From: Pseudomonas aeruginosa
Lineage (GTDB): Bacteria > Pseudomonadota > Gammaproteobacteria > Pseudomonadales > Pseudomonadaceae
Assembly: GCF_001457615.1 (NCBI RefSeq)
Contig: NZ_LN831024.1
Coordinates: 2,940,001-2,972,000, forward strand
Direction of reading: 5' to 3'
Length of the DNA: 32,000 nt
In this document: positions 10,701 through 19,104 of the stretch, one piece after another
Layout: each line of letters starts with the position of its first letter
Numbering within the stretch: position 1 is the first letter of the stretch
The notes under the pieces: model-generated
Seen by the model: the letters and a program-made list of their open reading frames with translations, nothing else
Told to the model about the DNA's origin: nothing
Databases searched by the model: none
Translations under genes and position numbers: made by a program

Positions 10701-13700
10701 AGGTATTCGGCATCGGCCTGTCCGACGCCGAGCGCGAGGAAACCTTCACCTACTATCCGGGCTACTCGACCTTCTCCGGGATCGCCGAGTACGCCGACGC
10801 CAGCGGCGAACGCGACGTCATCCGACGCTACCTGAGCAACCAGGGCGAGGAGGGCGGGGCCAACCTGCTGCTGGACAACATCGACGAAATCCTCGACGAC
10901 CGCCTGCGCGCCGAAGCCCACCGCTGCCGCCTGCGCCGCCTCGACCAGGTGATCGGCGAACTGGGCCTGGAGCGTATCGACCTGCTGAAGATCGACGTGC
11001 AGCGCGCGGAAATGGATGTGCTGCTCGGTCTCGACGATGCGGCGCTGGCCAAGGTCCGGCAGATCGTCCTGGAGGTCCATGACAAGCGCGACGGTGCCAC
11101 CGCCGGCCGCGCCGATGCCTTGAGCGACCTGCTGCGCCGCCATGGCTTCGAGGTGAGCATCCGTCAGGACGCGCTGCTGGAGGGTACCGACCGTTACAAC
11201 TGCTACGCGGTGCGCCCGGGCTATGCCGAGTCGCTGGCCGAGCGCATCGACTGGCGCGCGCTCGCGCCGCGCCCCGCCGCGGCCCTCGGCGGCGAGCTGA
11301 GCGAGCAGGCCCTGCGTGGCTTCCTCGAGGCGCGCCTGCCGGCCTACATGCTGCCGAGCCGGATCGCCCGGGTCGAACGCCTGCCGCTGACCGCCGAAGG
11401 CAAGCTCGACCGTCGCGCGCTGTTGGCGGCGCTGGCCGCCGAGGCGGCCGCGCAGACCCTGGAAGCGCCGGCCAATGCCACCGAGGCGGCCCTGCTGGAG
11501 ATCTGGAAGAGCGTGCTGAAACGCCCGGCGATCGGCGTCAGCGACAATTTCTTCCAGGTCGGCGGCGACTCCATCCGCCTGATCCAGATGCAGGTCATGG
11601 CGCGCGAGGCGGGGCTTGCCTTTACCCTGCGCGACGTGTTCAACCACCAGAGCATCCGCGAACTGGCGCGCCTGCTGGCCGCTCCGGCGAGTCCGGCGGA
11701 TGCGGCCGCGAGCTCGGCGCCGCGGGTGCTGGAGCCGTTCGCCCTGTTGTCGGCGGCGGAACGCAAGCGCCTGCCGGAGGGGCTCGACGACGCCTATCCG
11801 ATGACCAGCCTGCAACAGGGCATGCTCCTGCAAAGCGAGGCCAGCGGCGATCCACGGCTGTTGCACAACGTCGTCCTGCACGAGGTGCATGGACGCCTGG
11901 ACGGCGAGTTGCTGGCGCGCGCCTGGGCGATCCTGATCGGCCGCCACGCGATCCTGCGTACCGGCTTCGACCTGCACGGTGGCCAGGTTCCCCTGCAATG
12001 GGTCCACCCGGCCGCTGCGGTCGCCGCCGAGGTGCCGGTGCACGACCTGTGTGGCCTCGATGGGGAAACACGGCGCCTGCGCCTGCGTGCCTGGATCGAG
12101 GAAGAGCAGGCCACCCCGTTCGACTGGAGCCGCCCACCGCTGGTGCGCCTCGCCGCGCTGGCGCTGGACGAGCGGCGCTTCGCCCTGGGCGTCGCCGAAC
12201 ACCATAGCGTGCTGGACGGCTGGAGCCTGCAAAGCCTGGTGGACGAGCTGCTGGCGGTCTACGCCGACCTTCTCGCCGGTGTCGTCGCGCGGGAAGCGGA
12301 AGCGCCCGCGGTAGGCTTCCGCGACTACGTGGCGCTGGAGCGTGAGGCCGAGGCCAACGCCGCCTCGGCGCTGTTCTGGCTCGACTACCTGGCCGGCGCC
12401 CGCTACCGGCCGTTGCCCGGCCTGGCGGAGGAGGGACCCCGGCGCATGGCGGCGGTCCGCGTGGACGTGCCGGCCGACAGCCTGTCGCGCTTGCGCGCCC
12501 TGGCCGAACGCAGCGGCTTGCCCTTGCGTTCGTTGTTGCTGGCGGTGCATGGCCGAGCGTTGTGCCGCTTCAGCGATGCCGATGAAGTAGTCACCGGCTT
12601 CGTCAGCCACGGGCGCCCCGAGGAGCCGGGAGCGGACCGCCTGCTCGGCCTGTTCCTGAACACCCTGCCGTGCCGGCTGTCGGCTTCCGTCGATCTGCTC
12701 GACAGCGCCCGTCGCGCATTCGACTACGAGCGCGCGAGCCTGGAACATCGGCGCCATCCGCTGGCGGCGATTCGCAGGCGCAACCGCGAGTTGCGCCTGG
12801 ACAGCCTGTTCAACTTCGTCGACTTCCACCAGGACGACGCCGCGCCGACGGCGGGAGTAAGGCACGGCGGCATCCTCGACCAGGTGGTGGTGGACGTCGA
12901 CGTGCCGCTGGCGGTGGACTTCGAGGTGGCCGGCGAGCGCCTCGAGGTGGGCTTCCAGTACGCCGCCGGACGTTTCCCCGCCGAGCGCGCCGAGGCGCTG
13001 GCCGACGCCTACCGCGAGGCGTTGCTGGCGCTGCTCGAGGACCCGGCGCAGCCGCCCACGGCGGCCCAGGCCGAGGACAGCGTGGAGCTGCGGCGGGTGC
13101 TCAAGGTGTTGTCCCGGGTGCTCGGCCGGCCGCTGGCGGCCGACCAGGGCTTCGCCAGTGCCGGCGGGCATTCGCTGCTGGGCGTGCAGGCGATCGCCGA
13201 ATTGCGCCGGCTGACCGGCAGGCAACTGAGCCTGGGGCTGTTGCAGGGCGATCCGGATGCCCGCGAAGTGGTGCGCCGCTGCCATGCCGCCGACGCGCCG
13301 CCGTTGCCGCCCGCCACCGAGCGCGCCCGGGCCCTGTGGTTGCAGCGCAGCGGGAGCGCGCAGCCGCGCCTGCGCCTGATCGCGCTGCCGCCCGCGGGGG
13401 GCAACGCCGGCACTTTCCGTGGTTGGGACGCGCGCCTGCCGGCGGACGTGGAGCTGCTGGCGATCCAGTATCCGGGGCGCCAGGAACGCCAGGACGAGCC
13501 ATTCGTCACCGATGTAGAGGCCATGCTCTGTGCCATCGACGACGCGCTCCTGCCATTGCTCGACCGTCCGTTCGCCCTGGTCGGCGCCAGCCTCGGTGGC
13601 ATGCTCGCCTACGAACTGGCGGCACGCCTGGAAAGCCTGCACGGCCTGCGCGCCAGGCAGTTGTTCGTGATCAGCAGCCGCGCTCCGGGGCCGGACCTGG

Positions 13701-14092
13701 AATACCCGCGCTTCCATGCGATGGGCGACGCCGAGTTGCTGCGAACCCTGCGCGAGTACGACGTGCTGCCGCTGGAAGTGCTCGACGACCCGGAGCTGCG
13801 CGAGATCAGCCTGGCCACCCTGCGCGCCGATTCGCGCCTGGCCGCCGACTATCGCTACCGCCCGCGCGAGCCGCTGGCCATACCGATCACCGCGATCCTC
13901 GGCGAGCAGGACCCGGGCGTCTCCAGGGCGGCCATCGACGGCTGGCGGCGGCACGCCAGCCGCTACGAGCTGGAGACCCTGGCCGGCGGCCACGGCCTGG
14001 TGGTGACGGCGGCGGAGGAGGTCTGCGCGATCCTGCGGCAGCGCCTGGCGCCCGATGTGCCTGGCGGCGTGCCGGCGAACCTGGCAACCTGA
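7715..14092 (+). CDS. ambE: Non-ribosomal peptide synthetase AmbE: degenerate C-like, A with inserted FkbM-type methyltransferase, T, C, T, thioesterase
   Basis: [32 protein letters not shown]...; A motifs '[18 protein letters not shown]', '[11 protein letters not shown]', '[13 protein letters not shown]'; MT '[18 protein letters not shown]'; carrier '[11 protein letters not shown]' and '[12 protein letters not shown]'; condensation '[11 protein letters not shown]'; TE '[13 protein letters not shown]'. Confidence 0.95.
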   Translation: [2125 protein letters not shown]

Positions 14093-14096
14093 ACCG

Positions 14097-14131
14097 CCGG
14101 CCCCTGCCGCCCGCCTGGCGGCAGGGGCCGG
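14097..14131 (+). terminator. Stem-loop just after the ambE stop, probable terminator/processing hairpin
   Basis: Perfect 15-bp inverted repeat CCGGCCCCTGCCGCC-cgcct-GGCGGCAGGGGCCGG starting 5 nt after the TGA at 14090-14092. No clear T tract follows. Confidence 0.6.
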
Positions 14132-14159
14132 TGCCGTCCGTCTTCATTCGAGGTTGCCC

Positions 14160-14702
14160 ATGGTTCTGCGCGAATACACCCAACGCCACCGGCTCGACGC
14201 CGTCGCCCCGGCCGACTACCACCGCCATCTGCCGGAGCAGGTCGCGCGCGGCCTGCCTTCCGCCGAGCTGGTGGTGTTCCGCGTCGCCGACGAGCATTCC
14301 GACACCGCGGCGTTCAGCGCACGCTACGGCTTTGGCCTGGAGGACTGCGCCAACACCCTGGTCCTGCGCTACAAGCGCGACGGCGCCGAAGGCTATGCCG
14401 CGGTGGTCAACCTGGGCTCGCGGCGGCTCGACGTGAACGGCGCGGTCAAGGCGCTGCTCGGGGCCCGCCGGCTGTCCTTCGCCGCCCGCGAGGTCGCCAC
14501 CGAGCTGACCGGCATGCAGTTCGGCGGCATCACCGCGTTCGGCTTGCCCGAAGGCATGCCGCTGCTGGTCGACGCGGCGGTCTTCGAACGGCCGTTGGTG
14601 GTGATGGGCGCCGGGGTCCGCGAGACCAAGCTGCTGCTGTCCCCGGCACTGCTGAAAGACCTTCCCGGAGTGGTGGTCGCCGAACTCAGCGAAGCCGGTT
14701 GA
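14160..14702 (+). CDS. YbaK/ProX-like aminoacyl-tRNA deacylase (editing-domain) protein
   Basis: 180 aa from ATG 14160: 'FGLEDCANTLVLR', 'VVNLGSRRLDVNGAVKALLGARRLSFAAREVATELTGMQFGGITAFGLPEGMPLLVDAAVFE...VVMGAGVRETKLLLSPALL', the recognisable YbaK-family pattern. Confidence 0.8.
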   Translation: MVLREYTQRHRLDAVAPADYHRHLPEQVARGLPSAELVVFRVADEHSDTAAFSARYGFGLEDCANTLVLRYKRDGAEGYAAVVNLGSRRLDVNGAVKALLGARRLSFAAREVATELTGMQFGGITAFGLPEGMPLLVDAAVFERPLVVMGAGVRETKLLLSPALLKDLPGVVVAELSEAG

Positions 14703-14731
14703 ACCCGGCGCGGAGCATCGCCGCCGCGGCT

Positions 14732-14747
14732 CTGCCAATTGTGGTAG
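14732..14747 (+). promoter_or_regulatory. Candidate las/rhl-type box upstream of chiC
   Basis: CTGCCAATTGTGGTAG = CT-N12-AG with CTGCC...GGTAG ends. Confidence 0.45.
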
Positions 14748-14921
14748 GTGAAGCCTTCCGCCGTCTCTGCAACCATGCCCCCGCCCTGATCGCGACAAAC
14801 GCCGGAATGCCCCGTGGTAGACGCTCGCGCCTGTTTTTTCTAAGCGTTCGCGGCGGCCACGGCGCGGTTCGTCGGACAGCCCCTCCGGATGCGTTTCCTA
14901 CCTTCATCCGAGGAGCGGTAA

Positions 14922-16373
14922 ATGATCAGGATCGACTTTTCCCAGTTGCACCAGGCCCGCGAAGATGCCGCGGCGGCCATGCCGAGCATCGCCGGCAAGA
15001 AGATTCTCATGGGCTTCTGGCACAACTGGCCGGCCGGCGCCGCCGACGGCTACCAGCAGGGCTCGTTCGCCAACATCGCGCTGGAAGACGTGCCGAGCGA
15101 GTACAACGTGGTCGCCGTGGCCTTCATGAAAGGGCGCGGCATCCCGACCTTCCAGCCATACAACCTGTCCGACGCGGAGTTTCGCCGCCAGGTCGGCGTG
15201 CTCAACGCCCAGGGCCGCGCGGTGCTGATTTCGCTGGGGGGCGCCGACGCGCACATCGAGTTGCACGCCGGGCAGGAGCAGGCGCTGGCCGCCGAGATCG
15301 TCCGTCTGGTGGAAACCTACGGTTTCGACGGCCTGGACATCGACCTCGAGCAGAGCGCCATCGACCTGGCCGACAACCAGCGGGTGCTGCCGGCGGCCCT
15401 CAAGCTGGTGCGCGAGCACTACGCCGGGCAGGGCAAGCACTTCATCGTCAGCATGGCCCCGGAGTTTCCCTATCTGCACAAGAACGGCAAGTACGTGCCT
15501 TATCTGCAGGCCCTGGAAGGCGTCTACGACTTCATCGCGCCGCAGTACTACAACCAGGGCGGCGACGGCCTGTGGGTCCAGGAGGCGAACGGCGGCAAGG
15601 GCGCCTGGATCGCGCAGAACAACGACGCGATGAAAGAAGACTTCCTCTACTACCTCACCGAGAGCCTGGCCACCGGCAGCCGCGACTTCGTGCGGATCCC
15701 GGCGCAGCGCCTGGCCATCGGCCTGCCGAGCAACGTCGATGCGGCGGCTACCGGCTACGTGATCGATCCCGCCGCGGTGAGCAACGCGTTTCGCCGCCTG
15801 GAAGCCGCCGGTCACGCGATCAAGGGCCTGATGACCTGGTCGGTGAACTGGGACGATGGCCTGAACAAGCGCGGCGAGCGCTACAACTGGGAGTTCCGCA
15901 AGCGCTACGCCAGCCTGATCCATGACGGCGAGGGCGGCGACCAGCGCCCGGCGGCGCCGCAGGGCCTGCGTCTGCTGGAGCGCGGCGAGACCAGCCTGGT
16001 GCTGGCCTGGAACGCCTCCAGCGGGCAGCGTCCGATCGATTACTACAGCCTCTATCGCGACGGCGCCATGGTTGGCCAGAGCGCCGCGCTGGGTTCCACC
16101 GACAGCGGCCTGACGGCGGACACCCGCTACAGCTATTTCGTCACCGCCACCGATACCCAGGGCAACCAGTCGCTGCCCAGCGAAGGCCTGGAGGTCAGCA
16201 CCAGCGGCGGGGCGGTGGATCCGCAATTCCCGCAATGGCGGGAGAACCAGGCCTATCGGGTCGACGATGGGGTGACCTACGAGGGGCTGCGCTATCTCTG
16301 CCTGCAGGCGCACACCTCAAACAGCGGCTGGACGCCGCCGGTAGCCTTCACCCTCTGGCGGCCGCTGCGCTGA
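14922..16373 (+). CDS. chiC: GH18 chitinase with fibronectin type III and CBM5/12 chitin-binding domains
   Basis: 'GFHGLDIDLEQ'-like catalytic motif present as YGFDGLDIDLEQ; FnIII 'APQGLRLLERGETSLVLAWNASSG...YFVTATDTQGNQSLPS'; C-terminal 'YRVDDGVTYEGLRYLCLQAHTSNSGWTPP' CBM motif. No obvious cleavable signal peptide at the N-terminus. Confidence 0.95.
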   Translation: MIRIDFSQLHQAREDAAAAMPSIAGKKILMGFWHNWPAGAADGYQQGSFANIALEDVPSEYNVVAVAFMKGRGIPTFQPYNLSDAEFRRQVGVLNAQGRAVLISLGGADAHIELHAGQEQALAAEIVRLVETYGFDGLDIDLEQSAIDLADNQRVLPAALKLVREHYAGQGKHFIVSMAPEFPYLHKNGKYVPYLQALEGVYDFIAPQYYNQGGDGLWVQEANGGKGAWIAQNNDAMKEDFLYYLTESLATGSRDFVRIPAQRLAIGLPSNVDAAATGYVIDPAAVSNAFRRLEAAGHAIKGLMTWSVNWDDGLNKRGERYNWEFRKRYASLIHDGEGGDQRPAAPQGLRLLERGETSLVLAWNASSGQRPIDYYSLYRDGAMVGQSAALGSTDSGLTADTRYSYFVTATDTQGNQSLPSEGLEVSTSGGAVDPQFPQWRENQAYRVDDGVTYEGLRYLCLQAHTSNSGWTPPVAFTLWRPLR

Positions 16374-16380
16374 GGGGGCG

Positions 16381-16405
16381 GGCCGGTCCGCGCCGCGGGC
16401 CGGTC
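16381..16405 (+). terminator. Possible terminator hairpin downstream of chiC
   Basis: GGCCGGTCCG-cgccg-CGGGCCGGTC about 10 bp including two G-U pairs, followed by CCTTT. Confidence 0.45.
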
Positions 16406-16484
16406 CTTTGGCCGGCGAGAGCCACGCACGGGTGGCGCCATATCCATATGCGTTTTCGGTATTTCCGCTTGATCGTTCATGGCG

Positions 16485-16513
16485 TTTACCATCACAGCAT
16501 AACTTGTTATAAC
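16485..16513 (+). promoter_or_regulatory. Candidate sigma70 promoter for the GntR-led operon
   Basis: TTTACC (16485-16490), 17-bp spacer, TATAAC (16508-16513), in a locally AT-rich patch; ATG 36 nt downstream of the -10. Confidence 0.6.
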
Positions 16514-16517
16514 AAGT
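16502..16517. promoter_or_regulatory. Candidate GntR/HutC operator (perfect palindrome)
   Basis: ACTTGTTATAACAAGT, a perfect 16-bp palindrome covering the candidate -10. Confidence 0.7.
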
Positions 16518-16548
16518 GTCCGAGCCACTCCGACAAGCGAATCCGACC

Positions 16549-17298
16549 ATGGGCAAACTGCTCCCGCTTTCCCCCGTGCCGCTGTACAGCCAGCTCAAGG
16601 AGCTGCTGCGCGGGCGCATCCTCGACGGCGTCTACCCGCCGCTCAGCCGCATGCCCTCGGAGAACGAGCTGGGCAAGGCCTTCGACGTCAGCCGCATCAC
16701 CGTGCGCCAGGCGCTCGGCGACCTGCAGAAGGAAGGGCTGATCTTCAAGATCCACGGCAAGGGCACCTTCGTCGCCCGGCCGAAGGCGTTCCAGAACGTC
16801 AGCACCCTGCAAGGCCTGGGCGAGTCCATGACGCAGATGGGCTACGAGGTCATCAACCGCCTGCATGGCCTGCGCTACGTGCCGGCCGGCGCGCGGGTGG
16901 CCGAGCGCCTGCGGGTGGAAGAGGGCAGCCCTGTGTGCGAGATCAAGCGGGTGCGGCTGGTCAACCGCGAGCCGGTTTCGCTGGAAGTCACCTACCTGCC
17001 GCAGGCGCTCGGCGAGCGCCTGGAGAAGGCCGACCTGGTGACCCGCGACATCTTCCTGATCCTCGAGAACGATTGCGGCATTCCCCTCGGCCATGCCGAC
17101 CTGGCCATCGACGCGGTGCTCGCCGATGCCGACCTGACCCGCGCCCTGGCGGTCGAGGAGGGCGCGCCGATCATGCGTATCGAGCGCCTGACCCATGCCG
17201 CCGACGGCGCGCCGCTGGACTTCGAATACCTCTACTACCGCGGCGACGCTTTCCAGTATCGCCTGCGCATCGATCGGCAGAAGGGAGAGCGGGCATGA
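16549..17298 (+). CDS. GntR-family (HutC/UTRA subfamily) transcriptional regulator
   Basis: 249 aa; 'VPLYSQLKELLRGRILDGVYPPLSRMPSENELGKAFDVSRITVRQALGDLQKEGLIFKIHGKGTFVARP' wHTH, then a UTRA-like C-terminal domain. ATG at 16549 lies downstream of the promoter/operator; the ORF-track start at 16516 overlaps the operator. Confidence 0.93.
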   Translation: MGKLLPLSPVPLYSQLKELLRGRILDGVYPPLSRMPSENELGKAFDVSRITVRQALGDLQKEGLIFKIHGKGTFVARPKAFQNVSTLQGLGESMTQMGYEVINRLHGLRYVPAGARVAERLRVEEGSPVCEIKRVRLVNREPVSLEVTYLPQALGERLEKADLVTRDIFLILENDCGIPLGHADLAIDAVLADADLTRALAVEEGAPIMRIERLTHAADGAPLDFEYLYYRGDAFQYRLRIDRQKGERA

Positions 17299-19019
17299 AC
17301 ACCCTGGAGCAGGAATACGACATCGTGGTGATCGGCGGCGGCACCGCCGGGCCGATGGCGGCGATCAAGGCCAAGGAGCACGACCGCGAACTGCGCGTGC
17401 TGCTGGTGGACAAGGCCAACGTCAAGCGCAGCGGCGCCATCAGCATGGGCATGGACGGGTTGAACAACGCCATCGTCCCCGGCCACGCCACGGCCGAGCA
17501 GTACACCCGGGAAATCACCGTGGCCAACGACGGCATCGTCAACCAGGCGGCGGTATACGCCTATGCCAGCCACAGCTTCGAGACCCTGCGGCAGCTGGAT
17601 CGCTGGGGCGTCAGGTTCGAAAAGGACGAGACCGGCGACTATGCGGTGAAGAAGGTCCACCACATGGGCGCCTATGTGCTGCCGATGCCGGAAGGGCACG
17701 ACATCAAGAAGGTGCTCTACCGCCAGCTCAAGCGTGCGCGGATCCCCATCGCCAACCGCCTGGTCTGCACCCGCCTGCTCACCGATGCCGAGGGCGCGGT
17801 GAACGGCGTACTCGGTTTCGACTGCCGCAGCGGCGACTTCCATGTGATCCGCGCCAAGGCGGTGATCCTTTGCTGCGGCGCGGCGGGCCGCCTGGGCCTG
17901 CCGTCCTCGGGCTACCTGATGGGTACCTACGAGAACCCGACCAACGCCGGCGACGGCTACGCCATGGCCTATCATGCCGGCGCCGAGCTGGCCAACCTGG
18001 AATGCTTCCAGATCAACCCGCTGATCAAGGACTACAACGGCCCGGCCTGTGCCTACGTCACCGGCCCGCTGGGTGGCTATACCGCCAACGCCAGGGGTGA
18101 GCGCTTCATCGAATGCGACTACTGGAGCGGGCAGATGATGTGGGAGTTCCACCAGGAACTCGAAGGCGGCAATGGCCCGGTGTTCCTCAAGCTCGACCAC
18201 CTGGCGGAGGAAACCATCCAGACCATCGAGGACATCCTCCATGGCAACGAACGCCCCAGTCGCGGGCAGTTCCACGCCGGGCGCGGCACCGACTACCGCC
18301 AGCAGATGGTCGAGATGCACATTTCCGAGATCGGCTTCTGCTCCGGCCACTCGGCCTCCGGCGTGTGGGTCAACGAGAAGGCCGAGACCAGCGTGAAGGG
18401 CCTCTACGCAGCCGGCGACATGGCCGCGGTGCCGCACAACTACATGCTCGGCGCCTTCACCTATGGCTGGTTCGCCGGGCGCAACGCCGCCGAATACGTC
18501 GCCGGGCGCGCCTTCAGCGCGGTCGACAGCGCCCAGGTCGAGCGCGAGCGTGCGCGGATCGAGGCGCCGCTGCTGCGCGAGCATGGCCTGCCGGCGGCGC
18601 AGGTGGAGTACAAGCTGCGCCGGCTGGTCAACGACTACCTGCAACCGCCCAAGGTGACCCGCAAGATGGAATTGGGCCTGCAACGCATCCAGGCCATCGC
18701 CGAGGATCTGGAGCGGATCAAGGCGGACAACCCCCACGAGCTGATGCGCGCCCTGGAAGTCAGCGTTATCCGCGATTGCGCGGAGATGGCCGCGCGCGCC
18801 TCGCTGTTCCGCACCGAGAGCCGCTGGGGCCTGTACCACCACCGGGTGGACTATCCGCGGCGCGACGACGCTGCCTGGTTCTGCCACGCGCACCTGAAGA
18901 AGGACGAGCAGGGACGCATGGCCAGCTTCAGGAAACCGGTCGAACCCTACCTGTTCGCCATCGACGAGGGCGAACAGCAGGCCTACCAGCGCCTGCGGCT
19001 GAGGAACGACGCCGCCTAG
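17295..19019 (+). CDS. FAD-dependent oxidoreductase of the fumarate reductase/adenylylsulfate reductase alpha (AprA)-like type
   Basis: 574 aa; 'YDIVVIGGGTAGPMAAIKA', 'RSGAISMGMDGLNNAIVPGHATAEQYTREI', 'GLYAAGDMAAVPHNYMLGAFTYGWFAGRNAAEY'. ATGA overlap with the upstream regulator gene. Confidence 0.88.
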   Translation: MNTLEQEYDIVVIGGGTAGPMAAIKAKEHDRELRVLLVDKANVKRSGAISMGMDGLNNAIVPGHATAEQYTREITVANDGIVNQAAVYAYASHSFETLRQLDRWGVRFEKDETGDYAVKKVHHMGAYVLPMPEGHDIKKVLYRQLKRARIPIANRLVCTRLLTDAEGAVNGVLGFDCRSGDFHVIRAKAVILCCGAAGRLGLPSSGYLMGTYENPTNAGDGYAMAYHAGAELANLECFQINPLIKDYNGPACAYVTGPLGGYTANARGERFIECDYWSGQMMWEFHQELEGGNGPVFLKLDHLAEETIQTIEDILHGNERPSRGQFHAGRGTDYRQQMVEMHISEIGFCSGHSASGVWVNEKAETSVKGLYAAGDMAAVPHNYMLGAFTYGWFAGRNAAEYVAGRAFSAVDSAQVERERARIEAPLLREHGLPAAQVEYKLRRLVNDYLQPPKVTRKMELGLQRIQAIAEDLERIKADNPHELMRALEVSVIRDCAEMAARASLFRTESRWGLYHHRVDYPRRDDAAWFCHAHLKKDEQGRMASFRKPVEPYLFAIDEGEQQAYQRLRLRNDAA

Positions 19020-19104
19020 GGCCCCACGCCCCGGCGTAGTACCGCTAGACACCGAGCCCGCCGCCACGAAAGCGGGCCAGATCGAACCACGAGGACCGCG
19101 TGCC

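Noticed and set aside
8935-11082. 715-aa plus-strand ORF in an alternative frame inside ambE
   Set aside because: Arg/Gly/Pro-rich out-of-frame translation; the ambE frame carries the A and MT motifs across the same bases.
7724-13993. 2089-aa open frame on the minus strand opposite ambE
   Set aside because: Antisense shadow of a high-GC coding frame; low-complexity Q/R/A/G-rich translation without domain motifs, while the plus strand has canonical NRPS motifs throughout.
7715-14092. Attribution of the cluster to the proposed IQS signal (2-(2-hydroxyphenyl)-thiazole-4-carbaldehyde)
   Set aside because: An earlier literature claim linked amb genes to IQS, but the domain content (no Cy or salicylate-loading domain) fits AMB biosynthesis, and the IQS assignment has been disputed.
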